In this document: piece by piece, positions 1-10,169 of the stretch
Layout of the letters: every line of letters begins with the position of its first letter
How positions within the stretch are numbered: position 1 is the stretch's first letter
From: an uncultured Phycisphaerales bacterium
GTDB lineage: Bacteria; Planctomycetota; Phycisphaerae; Tepidisphaerales; Tepidisphaeraceae
Direction of reading: 5' to 3'
Assembly (NCBI GenBank): GCA_963755915.1
Contig: CAVWLP010000002.1
Location: 3,680,001-3,744,000, forward strand
DNA length: 64,000 nucleotides
Notes under the pieces: model-generated
What the model saw: only the letters and a program-made list of their open reading frames with translations
Databases searched by the model: none
What the model was told of the DNA's origin: nothing
Made by a program: the position numbers and the translations under genes

Positions 1-141
1 CAGCGCAACGCCGACGGCGTAGCTGGTGAGAAATTCCATCGAAGTAACGAGGGTGACGACCAAGACGATCGCCAGTTTGACGGTGCGGTCGATTGCGGGC
101 GAGTAGGTCGTCGGAAAGAGTGGGGAGCTTACGGCAGTCAT
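1..141 (-). CDS. MFS efflux transporter (DHA2/EmrB-like), N-terminus only, runs off window
   Basis: Minus-strand translation MTAVSSPLFPTTYSPAIDRTVKLAIVLVVTLVTSMEFLTSYAVGVAL resembles TM1 of DHA2 transporters; its ATG overlaps the TGA of the upstream outer membrane factor gene. Confidence 0.65.
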   Translation of the reverse strand, partial: MTAVSSPLFPTTYSPAIDRTVKLAIVLVVTLVTSMEFLTSYAVGVAL

Positions 142-1598
142 GTCTGGGAGTTCTCCCAACCGCCGCCCAGGGCTTTGTAGAGCGCGACCAGGTCGGTTGA
201 GACGGTTTGTGTCGCCTGGGCGAGCGCGTCTTGAGACGCATAAAGATTCCGCTGCACCTCGAGGACATCGAGGAGATCAATGATTCCATTGGAATATTCA
301 GCCTGGGCGATCCGTAGTGCGCGCTGGTTTTCCGCGACCAGGGTGCTCAGGGAATCGCGCCGCGCCTGATCCTGCGAATAGGCGACCAGAGCGCTATCGA
401 CGTCCTGAAGCGCTTGCAGGATCGTGGCCTCATACGCGTTGATTGCCGCCAGAACCTGTGCCTTGGCGCGATCGACGTTGGCGCGGCGTTTCCCGCCGTC
501 GAAGATCGTCCAGTCGGCGAATGGCCCGGCATCGTAGAAACCGCTGCTGGGATCGTGCTGGCTGAAAAGCTGGCTGGCCTTGCGGCTTTCGACACCGGCG
601 GCCCCGCCGAGAACCAGGTGCGGAAACATATCGCTCGTTGCGACGCCTTGCACGGCGGTCGCGGCGGCCAAAAGACGCTCGGCTTCCATAACATCGGGAC
701 GGCGCTTCAGCAATTCGGAAGGCAATCCAACCGGCACTTCCGGGGGGACAGGTGGAATCGGCGCGGCGGTTAGAAGTTCGGAGGTCAATGCCGGCGGATC
801 TTCGCCCATCAGAACCGATAGAGCGTAAATCGTCTGGCGGATGCCGGCTTCCAGCGGAGGGATGCCCGATTCGGTGGCGTCGACCTGAGCGCTGGCGCGA
901 ACGAGATCGAAAGTCGGCGTCAGGCCGTTTTTGAGGCGTTTTTGTACGATAGCGAGCGTTCGCTGCTGGTCGGCGAGATTCTCATTGGCAATTTCGAGCC
1001 GGGCCTGCAATGCCCGCAGCGAAATATATTGATTCGCGACCTCTCCAAGGAGTATCACCTGGACGCCCCGGCGCTCGTCTTCGGTCGCTTCGGCGGTGGC
1101 TCCGGCGGCTTCAATTGTTCTGCGAACCCCTCCGAAGAGATCGACTTCGTAATTTGCGGTGAGTCCAAGGTGATAGAAGCTGCTGTCGATGCCGGGCAAT
1201 TCCCAGGGAACGCCAAAGCCGGCGCCGGGTCCATGAGTCTGGAAAAAGGCTGCGCTGAGGTCAATCGTGGGGTAAAGCTCTGATTGCGCGACACGTTCCA
1301 CGGCGCGGGCTTCGAGCACTCTAGCGGCGGCAATCTTCAATTCGTGATTCGCACCGAGCGACCGGGAGACCAGGGAGGTCAATTCCGCATCGTTGAACTT
1401 TGTCCACCAGTCGACCCAGGCCGCGTGCTGCATATCGGCGACAGAGCTTGGATTGGTCGTCGGGCGGGTCGTGGTTTCGAATTTCTCTGGAACGGGGGTG
1501 TTGGGAGCATGATATTTCGGCCCCACTTCGCAGCCCGTGCCGAGAAGAAGAGGCAGCGCCATAAAGAAACAATGGCGAATGCGAATCAGGAGCTTCAT
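138..1598 (-). CDS. Efflux outer membrane factor lipoprotein (NodT/OprM family)
   Basis: Lipobox LLGTGC, DWWTKFND, PSELLKRRPDV and C-terminal LYKALGGGW. Confidence 0.92.
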   Translation of the reverse strand: MKLLIRIRHCFFMALPLLLGTGCEVGPKYHAPNTPVPEKFETTTRPTTNPSSVADMQHAAWVDWWTKFNDAELTSLVSRSLGANHELKIAAARVLEARAVERVAQSELYPTIDLSAAFFQTHGPGAGFGVPWELPGIDSSFYHLGLTANYEVDLFGGVRRTIEAAGATAEATEDERRGVQVILLGEVANQYISLRALQARLEIANENLADQQRTLAIVQKRLKNGLTPTFDLVRASAQVDATESGIPPLEAGIRQTIYALSVLMGEDPPALTSELLTAAPIPPVPPEVPVGLPSELLKRRPDVMEAERLLAAATAVQGVATSDMFPHLVLGGAAGVESRKASQLFSQHDPSSGFYDAGPFADWTIFDGGKRRANVDRAKAQVLAAINAYEATILQALQDVDSALVAYSQDQARRDSLSTLVAENQRALRIAQAEYSNGIIDLLDVLEVQRNLYASQDALAQATQTVSTDLVALYKALGGGWENSQT

Positions 1599-2737
1599 GG
1601 ATGCTCCGGCTGGCCCGACGTATCGACTGTGGCTTCGACCGACATTCCCTGAGCCAGGCTATTTAGACCCGGTTGTTGCGGCTCGAACACGATTTTCACC
1701 GGCAAGCGCTGGACGACTTTCACCCAGTTCCCGGTCGCGTTCTCCGGAGGCAGCAATTCAAATCGCGAGCCGGTGCCGGCCTGCAGGCTTTGGACTTGCG
1801 CCCGGAGTCGCAGATCGGGAAAGGCATCGACGTGCACATCAACATTCTGCCCCACCACCATGTGCTGCAATTGCACTTCCTTGAAATTGGCGATCACCCA
1901 CACATCGTCCGGAACGATCGAGAGGAGCGGCTGTCCCGCCGACACAAAATCACCCGCCTCCACATTCCTGTTGGTGACACGGCCTGAATAGGGGGCGATC
2001 ACCTTTGTGTATTGGAGTTGAAGCTGGGCGAAATGAAGTTCCGCCACCGCGGCGGCAACGCCGGATTCCGCCGTCCCGACGTTGGTTCCGGCGACATTGA
2101 ATTGCGCCTTGGCCGCAGCGAGTTTTTTCGCAGCGGCCTCGACCTGATCATTGGCGGCGTCGGCCGAGTCTTTGGAAGTTTCCAACTGCTGCTCCGAGAC
2201 ACCGTCGGTTCCCATGGCCGCATAGCGGCGATAGTCGGACTGGGTGCGATTTGCATCTGTTCGAGCGGCGTCGAGGGCGGCTTGAGCTTCGCCGACGGCG
2301 GCGTCGGCGCTCAGCACGGCGGCCCTGGCTTCCTCCACGTCGCTCTTTGCCGCCGCCAGCGCGGCCGCGGCCTGATCGACTTTCGCCTGGAAGTCCGCGG
2401 GGTCGATTTCAAGCAAAGTGTCGCCGGCCTTTACGGGCGTGTTGTCGTCGACATAGAGGTGCAGCACGGGGCCTGAAACGCGCGGGCTGATTCGAATGAC
2501 TCGCCCCTCGATGTAAGCGTCACTCGTCGACTGAAGACTGCCGCCGTATACGACGAAGGAAACGGTCGCCGCCGCGATGATCGCCAGCAGGACGATGACA
2601 ACGATTAAAATCCAGGGACGGCGGCCTTTGGGAGCGCTCACCACTTCCTGGGCCTGAGGCCCGATACGAGAGACGTGAGCCCCAGGCTGCGTATTGACGG
2701 CTTCGTTGGAATGGGATTGATCTGGCGGGGTAGTCAT
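1595..2737 (-). CDS. HlyD/EmrA-family membrane fusion protein
   Basis: N-terminal TM, STSDAYI, coiled coil, WVIANFKE, LLPPENATGNWVKVVQRLPV; start taken at MTTPPDQ. Confidence 0.9.
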   Translation of the reverse strand: MTTPPDQSHSNEAVNTQPGAHVSRIGPQAQEVVSAPKGRRPWILIVVIVLLAIIAAATVSFVVYGGSLQSTSDAYIEGRVIRISPRVSGPVLHLYVDDNTPVKAGDTLLEIDPADFQAKVDQAAAALAAAKSDVEEARAAVLSADAAVGEAQAALDAARTDANRTQSDYRRYAAMGTDGVSEQQLETSKDSADAANDQVEAAAKKLAAAKAQFNVAGTNVGTAESGVAAAVAELHFAQLQLQYTKVIAPYSGRVTNRNVEAGDFVSAGQPLLSIVPDDVWVIANFKEVQLQHMVVGQNVDVHVDAFPDLRLRAQVQSLQAGTGSRFELLPPENATGNWVKVVQRLPVKIVFEPQQPGLNSLAQGMSVEATVDTSGQPEHP

Positions 2738-3265
2738 TTTTAAACGCGAGCTCCTTGCCAAGGCGCTGATAACCTCACAGTTCAGGTAAGCGGCGGCAGC
2801 TTCCGCAGCTTTCGTTGCAGTGTCCGCCGATGCAGGCCCAGACGACGCGCAGGATTCGGAAACATTTCCTCGACAGTCCTGCAAGATCAGTTGGATGTAA
2901 CCCCACTCGAGGCGCCCAAGGGAACAAAAATGCGAGCCCTTGGGCTTTGACACGCTCTTCAACCACAACAAAGATTCGTCGTCGATTGGCATTTGATAAA
3001 TCCTTTCCTGAACGGAACAACGAGCCACTCACTAAGCGGAGGGCGCTCCCAATCTCATAGGCACGAGTTTGCAGTGGGGCCACACGGCTTTGGAACAATT
3101 TTGAGAGATTGTTTGAGATGACAACGTGTTTGAAATGCCAACATATTTGCATTTCCGGTGGTGCGTCTGTTAGCAATGCCAACGATTTGTTTGGCTGTCC
3201 GCACTGTCCGCTTATTGGGTGTGGATAGACGATTCCGCGCTTGCCTCGCGCCAGGAGTTTTGCTT

Positions 3266-4258
3266 ATGCCGTGGGACTTGTGCACACCGCCCGGAAGCAA
3301 GGCCATCCTGGCCTCTGTGCTGGTCCCCGTCTTGGAGCCGGCGTCGCCCAACGCAGCGACGATTCGCAGCATCTTCTTCGTCGTTCTGCTGATTTCCCTC
3401 GCGATATTTGTAATCGTGGTCACCCTGATCGGCACGTCGCTGGTGCGTTTTCGTTCCACCGGCGGAGAGTTGCCCAAACAGGCGTTCGGAAGCCATATCG
3501 CCGAAATATTCTGGACGCTGCCCCCGATAATCATCGTTTTGAGCCTCGGCGTGGCGTCGGCGAAGCTCATCTATTCGATCAGCGTCACGCCCCTCCAACT
3601 GGCATCCCCATCAATGCCGGCTGATCTTGTCGTAGTGGGCCACCAGTGGTGGTGGGAAGTTCGCTATCCCCGGGCGGGGGCGGTCACGGCAAACGAAATT
3701 CATGTCCCGATCGGCAAAAAGCTCTGCGTGCAGGTCGACTCGGCCGACGTGATTCACTCCTTCTGGTTGCCACAGCTCGGACCCAAAATCGACATGGTGC
3801 CGGGCCAGCACAATTTTCTATGGCTCGAAGCCGATCAGGCGGGAACTTACGACGGCGCCTGCTCTGAATTCTGCGGGGACCAGCACGCATGGATGCGATT
3901 CATTGTCGTTGCCGAGCCCGAGGCCCAGTATCAGGCCTGGCTCGACCAGCAGGCCAGGCCGGCCCAAATACCCGGGGACGCGCTCGCTCTGGCCGGGAGA
4001 AGCTTTGTCGTCTCCCAGACGTGCCTGAACTGCCACGAAATCCGTGGGACCAATGGCGGGGTCGCAGCCGGTCCGGACCTCACGCATGTTGCCTCGCGCC
4101 GTCAACTGGGCGGCGGCGTGTTGGAAAACACGCCACAGACTCTGGAGCAGTGGCTATCAAACCCTCAGCAATTTAAGCCGGGGTGCTTGATGCCAAATTT
4201 CACCATGAATGAAGAAGAGCTCCGGCAAGTGACCGCATATCTGGAGACCCTGCGATGA
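3266..4258 (+). CDS. ctaC: Cytochrome c oxidase subunit II with C-terminal cytochrome c (caa3 type)
   Basis: GHQWWW, DVIHSFW, CuA motif CSEFCGDQHAWM, heme motif CLNCH; start uncertain. Confidence 0.92.
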   Translation: MPWDLCTPPGSKAILASVLVPVLEPASPNAATIRSIFFVVLLISLAIFVIVVTLIGTSLVRFRSTGGELPKQAFGSHIAEIFWTLPPIIIVLSLGVASAKLIYSISVTPLQLASPSMPADLVVVGHQWWWEVRYPRAGAVTANEIHVPIGKKLCVQVDSADVIHSFWLPQLGPKIDMVPGQHNFLWLEADQAGTYDGACSEFCGDQHAWMRFIVVAEPEAQYQAWLDQQARPAQIPGDALALAGRSFVVSQTCLNCHEIRGTNGGVAAGPDLTHVASRRQLGGGVLENTPQTLEQWLSNPQQFKPGCLMPNFTMNEEELRQVTAYLETLR

Positions 4259-6476
4259 GCATCGAATCTTTACCCCAGTCAGGGCTCCTCGACGAGGAAG
4301 ATAAGGATCGTTCACCCCTGCTCGAGTGGTTCAGCTCCGTGGACCACAAGCAGATTGGAATCCTCTACATCTGCACGGCCCTGTTTTTCCTTCTGACCGG
4401 CGGCCTCGAAGCCGTCGTGATGCGGATACAGCTCATCATACCGAACAACACCTTCGTCGGCCCTCAACTGTTCAACCAGCTTTTCACAATGCACGGCACC
4501 ACGATGGTCTTCCTCGTCGGAATGCCCCTGATCACAGGTTTTGCCAACTACCTGGTTCCGCTCATGATCGGCGCGTCAGATGTCGCATTCCCCCGACTTA
4601 ACGCCTTCGGATTCTGGCTCGTTCCCCTCGGCGGCATCCTCTTGCATTACAGCTTTCTGACCGGCTCCGCGCCCAACGCGGGGTGGTTCAGCTACGCCCC
4701 GCTCAGCGAGAAAGCCTACACGTCGCTTCAAGGCGTCGATTACTGGCTGATTGCCCTTCTTGTGCTGGGGATTGGGTCGGTCAGCTCGGCAATCAATCTG
4801 ATCGCCACAATCATTGTCTGCCGCGCCCGGGGATGAGCATCCAGCGAGTGCCGCTCTTCGTCTGGATGATGCTCATCACCTCGATCCTGATCATCCTGGC
4901 GATTCCGGCGCTGAACAGCGGTCTGGTTCTGTTGCTGATCGATCGAACCCTCGGGGCGGCGTTTTTTGAGCCCAGCCGCGGCGGAAACAGCCTGCTCTGG
5001 CAGCATTTCTTCTGGATTTTCGGGCACCCCGAGGTTTACATCCTGGCGATCCCGGCCTTCGGGATGATCTCGGAAGTCATTCCCGTCTTTGCCCGCAGGC
5101 CGATCTACGGCTACGAATTTGTGGCGGCATCCACGATTGCGATCGGAATCCTTAGCATGGGCGTTTGGGCACACCACATGTTCGTCGTGGGAATGTCCCC
5201 CATCTACAACACATTCTTCTCCATTGGGTCTCTCATGATAGCGGTTCCAACCGGCGTCAAAGTGCTCAACTGGACGGCAACTCTGTGGCGAGGATCAATC
5301 GTTTTGACGACCTCCATGTGCTTCGCTATCGCCTTCCTCATCCAATTTGTGATTGGCGGACTGACCGGCGTCATGTTCGCCGTCGCTCCCATCGACTGGC
5401 AGCTTACCCAGACCTATTTCGTCGTCGCCCATTTCCATTATGTCCTGTTCGGTGGAACCATATTCGGCCTCTTTGCCGGTGGTTTTTACTGGTTTCCAAA
5501 AATGACCGGCCGAATGCTCGACGAGCGGCTCGGGAAAATCACCTTCTGGTTGATGGTGGTTGGTTTCAACATGACGTTTTTCGTGCAGCATTTTCTGGGA
5601 ATGATGGGGATGCCGCGGCGAACCTACACCTACGGCGATCACCCCGGCTGGCAACTGCTGAACGCGATCTCCACCGTCGGCGCGTTCATCATGAGCCTGG
5701 GCGTGTTTGTCTTTCTCTGGAATGTCGTCCGAAGCCTGCGGGACGGAAAAGTGGCTGGAGACAATCCCTGGGACGCCTTCACGCTCGAATGGGCCACTAC
5801 ATCGCCGCCGAGTAAGGAAAACTTCGAGTACATTCCACCGATCAAAAGCCGCCGCCCGGTGTGGGATTTCAATCATCCCGAATTGGCCGATTGGAAGACA
5901 TCAAAAACGCCCGAAGATCACCGCGCTCCCCACAGCACCGCGAAATTGGCCGCGGGGACTTTCATTGTTTCGGAAGCGATGTTCTTTCTGCTGCTGATCG
6001 CGGCATTCATCACGTTCAATCATTTGACGGGGGCCACATCGAGGAAGGCACTCGACGTCGGACGTAGCGCCCTCTTCACCTTTTTCCTCCTGGCCAGCAG
6101 CGTAACGCTTTCGCAAGCCGAGCACGCTCTGCGAAACTCGCAAAGGCGGCAATTTCTCGGCTGGCTGGGCATCACGCTTTCGCTGGGCTTCATCTTCCTG
6201 GTGAATCAGGCGTGCGAATATGCAAGCCTGCTGCACAATGGCATCACCATCAGCAGCAGTCTTTTCGGCTCGACATTCTTTACCCTCACCGGTTTCCACG
6301 GCCTTCACGTTTTCGGCGGGCTGATCGTGCTCGCAGCCATGTTCATTCTGGGAAAAACGGATCGCCTCACCGCCCGCCAGGCTGATGTCTTCACAGCGGT
6401 CGGATACTACTGGCATTTCGTCGATCTCGTCTGGATCGTCGTATTCAGCGTCGTTTATCTAGGGGTGCTGACATGA
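4255..6476 (+). CDS. ctaD: Cytochrome c oxidase subunit I fused to a subunit III-like domain; apparent frameshift near 4830
   Basis: ORFs 4255-4836 and 4683-6476 join at RAPG/MSIQR; WIFGHPEVY, WAHH, AHFHY motifs; subunit III motifs TGFHGLHV and YWHFVD at the C-terminus. Confidence 0.9.
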
Positions 6477-7279
6477 TGACAACTCTCGATCTGCTCACCC
6501 AGCTCTGGATTTGGCGATCGCCCGCGTGGTGGATCGCAATCGCAGCCGCCGGTATCTATGGCATCGCCGTCGCTCGGAATCACATTTCGATCGGGCATAT
6601 CACTATTTTCGTCGCATCGCTCCTGACGTTTTTGATCGCCATGGTCTCCCCCATTGCCGGCCTCGCGACTCGATATCTCTTCTCCGCCCACATGGCCCAG
6701 CATCTGCTGCTGCTGTTGATCGTTCCCCTTTTCGCCGTGTTGGCTTTGCCAAAATCCCGCGGCCAAAGCTCTCTGGCGCCCGCGATCCAGCGAGTTATCC
6801 CGGCCGCCTGGCTGGCAGGCGTCGGCGCCATGTGGTTCTGGCACATCCCCGCGATGTGTTCGGCATCCATGCGCAGCCCGACGATCTTTGGCCTCGAGCA
6901 AGCTTCTTTGCTGGTCGCCGGCACCGCGTTCTGGTGGCCGATTTTTTCGCCAAACATTCAGCATCGATTGCAAACGCCCCAGGCGGCGATCTATCTCTTC
7001 AGCGGCTGCCTCGGATGCACGCTCCTCGGCATTTACATCACCTTCTCGCCGATCTCGGTCTGTCCCCTCTATAACTCGCCGACAGGCTCACTCCAGATTC
7101 TGCAACTGATCCATAACCAGTGGGGAATCAATCACGAAATGGATCAACAGCTCGGCGGCCTGCTGATGTGGGTGCCGGCTTGCATGGTCTACCTCTGCGC
7201 GATCCTGGCCAGGCTTTCGTCGTGGTATCGACCCTCGGACCAGGCCCACCCTGATTCGCCGCCCCTTGTTACGGAGTAA
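6473..7279 (+). CDS. caa3-type cytochrome c oxidase assembly factor (CtaG-like)
   Basis: FSAHMAQH, WFWHIP, DQQLGGLLMWVP; lies in the oxidase operon. Confidence 0.85.
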   Translation: MMTTLDLLTQLWIWRSPAWWIAIAAAGIYGIAVARNHISIGHITIFVASLLTFLIAMVSPIAGLATRYLFSAHMAQHLLLLLIVPLFAVLALPKSRGQSSLAPAIQRVIPAAWLAGVGAMWFWHIPAMCSASMRSPTIFGLEQASLLVAGTAFWWPIFSPNIQHRLQTPQAAIYLFSGCLGCTLLGIYITFSPISVCPLYNSPTGSLQILQLIHNQWGINHEMDQQLGGLLMWVPACMVYLCAILARLSSWYRPSDQAHPDSPPLVTE

Positions 7280-7284
7280 AACGC

Positions 7285-7506
7285 ATGACGTCCGAATCAA
7301 ATCTGGAGAAACAGGCTGAGTCGCGAGCGCCGCATAAGCCAAAAGCGCCGCAGCCGACTTACGCCCCCTTCATGCTCGCCCTCGGTGTCACCATGGTCTT
7401 CTGGGGTCTGGCTACTTCGCCCATCATGTCCGCTGTCGGCTTCGTTGTATTGGCCTGCGCGCTCGGGACCTGGATCAGCGAAATCGCCGCCGATTGGAGA
7501 ACCTGA
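7285..7506 (+). CDS. Small two-TM membrane protein, possible oxidase subunit IV-like
   Basis: 73 aa with two hydrophobic helices, between ctaG-like and Rieske genes. Confidence 0.6.
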   Translation: MTSESNLEKQAESRAPHKPKAPQPTYAPFMLALGVTMVFWGLATSPIMSAVGFVVLACALGTWISEIAADWRT

Positions 7507-7508
7507 AT

Positions 7509-8045
7509 ATGGATGAGGAATCAAACAACCCTGCGAATGGATCCGAGGCCGATCCGGAAATCAATCGGCGGAAGTTTTTCTTGTCCGTCACCGCCGCCGC
7601 CGGAAGCGCCATGGCTCTTCTGATCAGTGTCCCGGTCGTTGGATTTGTGCTGGCCCCGATGGTCCTTAGTCCCAGGGAGGACTGGCGAGGTGTCGGGAGC
7701 CTGGACTCCTTCAAAATTGGAGAAACGGTGAAGGTTGATTTCACCGATCCTTCGCCACTCCCTTGGTCCGGAATCACCGCGAAGACTGCGGCATGGCTCC
7801 GACGCACGGGGGACACCGAATTTGTCGCCTTCAGCATGAATTGCCGGCATCTCGGTTGCCCGGTGCGCTGGGTTCCTGGAGCTAAACTTTTCATGTGCCC
7901 CTGCCATGGCGGCGTTTACTACGAAGACGGATCCGTCGCCGCCGGCCCGCCCCCCGAGCCGCTCGCACGCTACCAGGTTCGAGTAAACAACGGTCAGGTC
8001 GAAATCGAAACCAGCGCGATTCCGCTGACAACGTTCAAGTCGTAA
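7509..8045 (+). CDS. qcrA: Rieske 2Fe-2S subunit of a quinol:cytochrome c reductase
   Basis: Tat-like NRRKFF plus TM, CRHLGC and CPCHG motifs. Confidence 0.92.
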   Translation: MDEESNNPANGSEADPEINRRKFFLSVTAAAGSAMALLISVPVVGFVLAPMVLSPREDWRGVGSLDSFKIGETVKVDFTDPSPLPWSGITAKTAAWLRRTGDTEFVAFSMNCRHLGCPVRWVPGAKLFMCPCHGGVYYEDGSVAAGPPPEPLARYQVRVNNGQVEIETSAIPLTTFKS

Positions 8046-8064
8046 CTTTTGGAGGCGCCCCGAC

Positions 8065-9519
8065 GTGTTCAAATTTCTTGCCGCATCATGGCGATACATC
8101 GACGACAGAATCGGTGTATCCGAGTTGGTCGGCCCGATGATGAAGCACCTCGCCCCCCGCGACGCACGCTGGTGGTACGTCTTCGGCAGCGCCGCACTCT
8201 GCTGCTTCATCCTTCAAGTCATCACCGGAATCGGCCTGGCACTTTCCTATGTCCCGTCCGGCGGACAGGCCTTCCAAAGCCTTAAATACATCACCGATCA
8301 GGCCCCCCTTGGCAGCGTGCTCCGCGGAATGCATTTCTTCGGCGCATCCGCCATGATCCTGATCATCGGCATGCACATGGTCCAGGTCTACCTTCACGGC
8401 GCGTACAAATATCCGCGCGAGATGAACTGGATGAGCGGCGTGGTTTTGCTCCTGTTCACGCTGGCGATGGGCTTCACAGGCCAACTTTTGAGATGGGACG
8501 CCAACGGCGTCTGGTCCGCAGTTGTCGGCGCCGAGCAGGCGGCACGCGTGCCCGTCATCGGCCCATTCATCGCCCATGCGATTCTCGCCGGCGATACCAT
8601 CGGCGGCGCTACCCTTACGCGCTTCTTCGTGCTGCACGTCTTCATCTTTCCCGCTTTCCTGTTTGCCGGCGTTGGCCTCCACATGTGGCTCATTCTTCGC
8701 CACGGGATCAGCGAAATGCCCAAGCCGGGCGAACCGGTGGTTCCCGCGACCTACAAGAAAGATTACGAAGCCCGGCTGCAGAAGTCCGGCGTGCCGTTCT
8801 TCCCAAATGCGATTTGGCGCGATGCCGTCGCTTCCCTGGTGGTCGTGGTGGGGATTGTCGCCTGCGCTGTCATTTTGGGCCCCCCAACCCTGGTTACCCC
8901 TCCCGATCCGACCACTCTCAATGTGAATCCCGCGCCGGACTGGTATTTCCTCTTTTACTTTGCAATTCTGTCCATGCTGCCCGCGAACCTGGAAACCTGG
9001 GTCATCCTCGGCGGTCCGCCGGTCGTGCTCCTCATCCTGATGTTTTTCCCCTTATTCTTCAACAAGGGAGAGCGCACCCCATCCCGGCGGCCCTGGGCGA
9101 TCGCCATCGTCTTTTTCGTAGTTACGTCCATCATGATTCTGACGATTTACGGTGCGAAATCCCCCTGGTCGCCTGATTTCGCCGCGATTCCATTGGGTCA
9201 GAACATACCCGCCGTGCCCAAGTCGCACTCATTAGGCGCCCAAGTCTTTTTCGACAAGGGATGTATTTATTGCCACGAAGTGGACGGCGACGGCGGCCAT
9301 AGAGGGCCGGATCTTTCCACCGTCGGAGAACGCCTGACAGACGATGAATTGATCATCCGCATAAACAACGGCGGACACAACATGCCGGCATTTGCCGGAA
9401 GAATAACGCATGATGAACTATCGGCCCTTGTCGCCTTCCTCGCAGCGCAGGGAAGGAAACCCTCGCTACCGCCCTCGCAAACCCAAAACATTACCGCGGC
9501 AGGCAGTGTTCATGACTGA
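8065..9519 (+). CDS. qcrB: Cytochrome b fused to a C-terminal cytochrome c
   Basis: RGMHFFGAS, TRFFVLHVF, PDWYF (PEWY-like), C-terminal CIYCH and MPAF. Confidence 0.92.
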   Translation: MFKFLAASWRYIDDRIGVSELVGPMMKHLAPRDARWWYVFGSAALCCFILQVITGIGLALSYVPSGGQAFQSLKYITDQAPLGSVLRGMHFFGASAMILIIGMHMVQVYLHGAYKYPREMNWMSGVVLLLFTLAMGFTGQLLRWDANGVWSAVVGAEQAARVPVIGPFIAHAILAGDTIGGATLTRFFVLHVFIFPAFLFAGVGLHMWLILRHGISEMPKPGEPVVPATYKKDYEARLQKSGVPFFPNAIWRDAVASLVVVVGIVACAVILGPPTLVTPPDPTTLNVNPAPDWYFLFYFAILSMLPANLETWVILGGPPVVLLILMFFPLFFNKGERTPSRRPWAIAIVFFVVTSIMILTIYGAKSPWSPDFAAIPLGQNIPAVPKSHSLGAQVFFDKGCIYCHEVDGDGGHRGPDLSTVGERLTDDELIIRINNGGHNMPAFAGRITHDELSALVAFLAAQGRKPSLPPSQTQNITAAGSVHD

Positions 9520-9593
9520 GCCACGCGAATATCGCAGCCCAATGAACCCAGCCCCGCAAAACAGGCCGGAGACCGTCCCCAACTTCTCCCCGT

Positions 9594-9617
9594 GTAGCCG
9601 CCGTGCTTGCACGGCGC
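9594..9617 (+). repeat. GTAG-type REP-like hairpin
   Basis: GTAG-C-CGCCGTG-cttg-CACGGCG; related CTCCCCGTGTAGCCGCC copy near 43635. Confidence 0.4.
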
Positions 9618-9883
9618 TTTCCCGCCAACACCTCAAGGCCGCACCGAACGTCACCAGGGAAGCCATGTGCTACAGCAGCGGAACCGCCTGTGACATACGA
9701 GTCGCCGCATCCTCTCGTCACACAAACCATTACCGAAAATACTCATCCTTCTTTGTTCGATGTAAATCGGGTCGTTTCCCTGCAATAGATGTGCCCAAAC
9801 GCAAGGCATAGCCCTCGACCTTCGTCCGCTCCACCCCCAAATTATTTTTTAAAAAAATCCGCCGATTTCCTAAAATAGGTACA

Positions 9884-9913
9884 AAACGTACACCTTTTGG
9901 ACCTATATATAGA
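9884..9913 (+). repeat. Intergenic repeat, copy 1 (copy 2 at 44718-44747)
   Basis: AAACGTACACCTTTTGGACCTaTATATAGA, 29/30 identical to copy 2. Confidence 0.8.
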
Positions 9914-10169
9914 TGCACCTTATCACCAGTCCATTTTCTCCAGCACTCTTGCCCGAATGTTCAAACTCGGCGAGGGGAAAAAAAATTCCATCGTTGAATC
10001 CCGGGCGTTTCCGGGCATTTTCGGACATGCCCTCCGCAAAACGACCCCTAAGGGGTCGCCGAAGGCGACGCAGACGCTACATCTGAAGTGAAACTGCTCT
10101 AGATCTTCTCGTCCTGGCTTTTTTCGATGATTTCGACGAACCGCTTGCATCATCGGCAGCGCCACCGCC

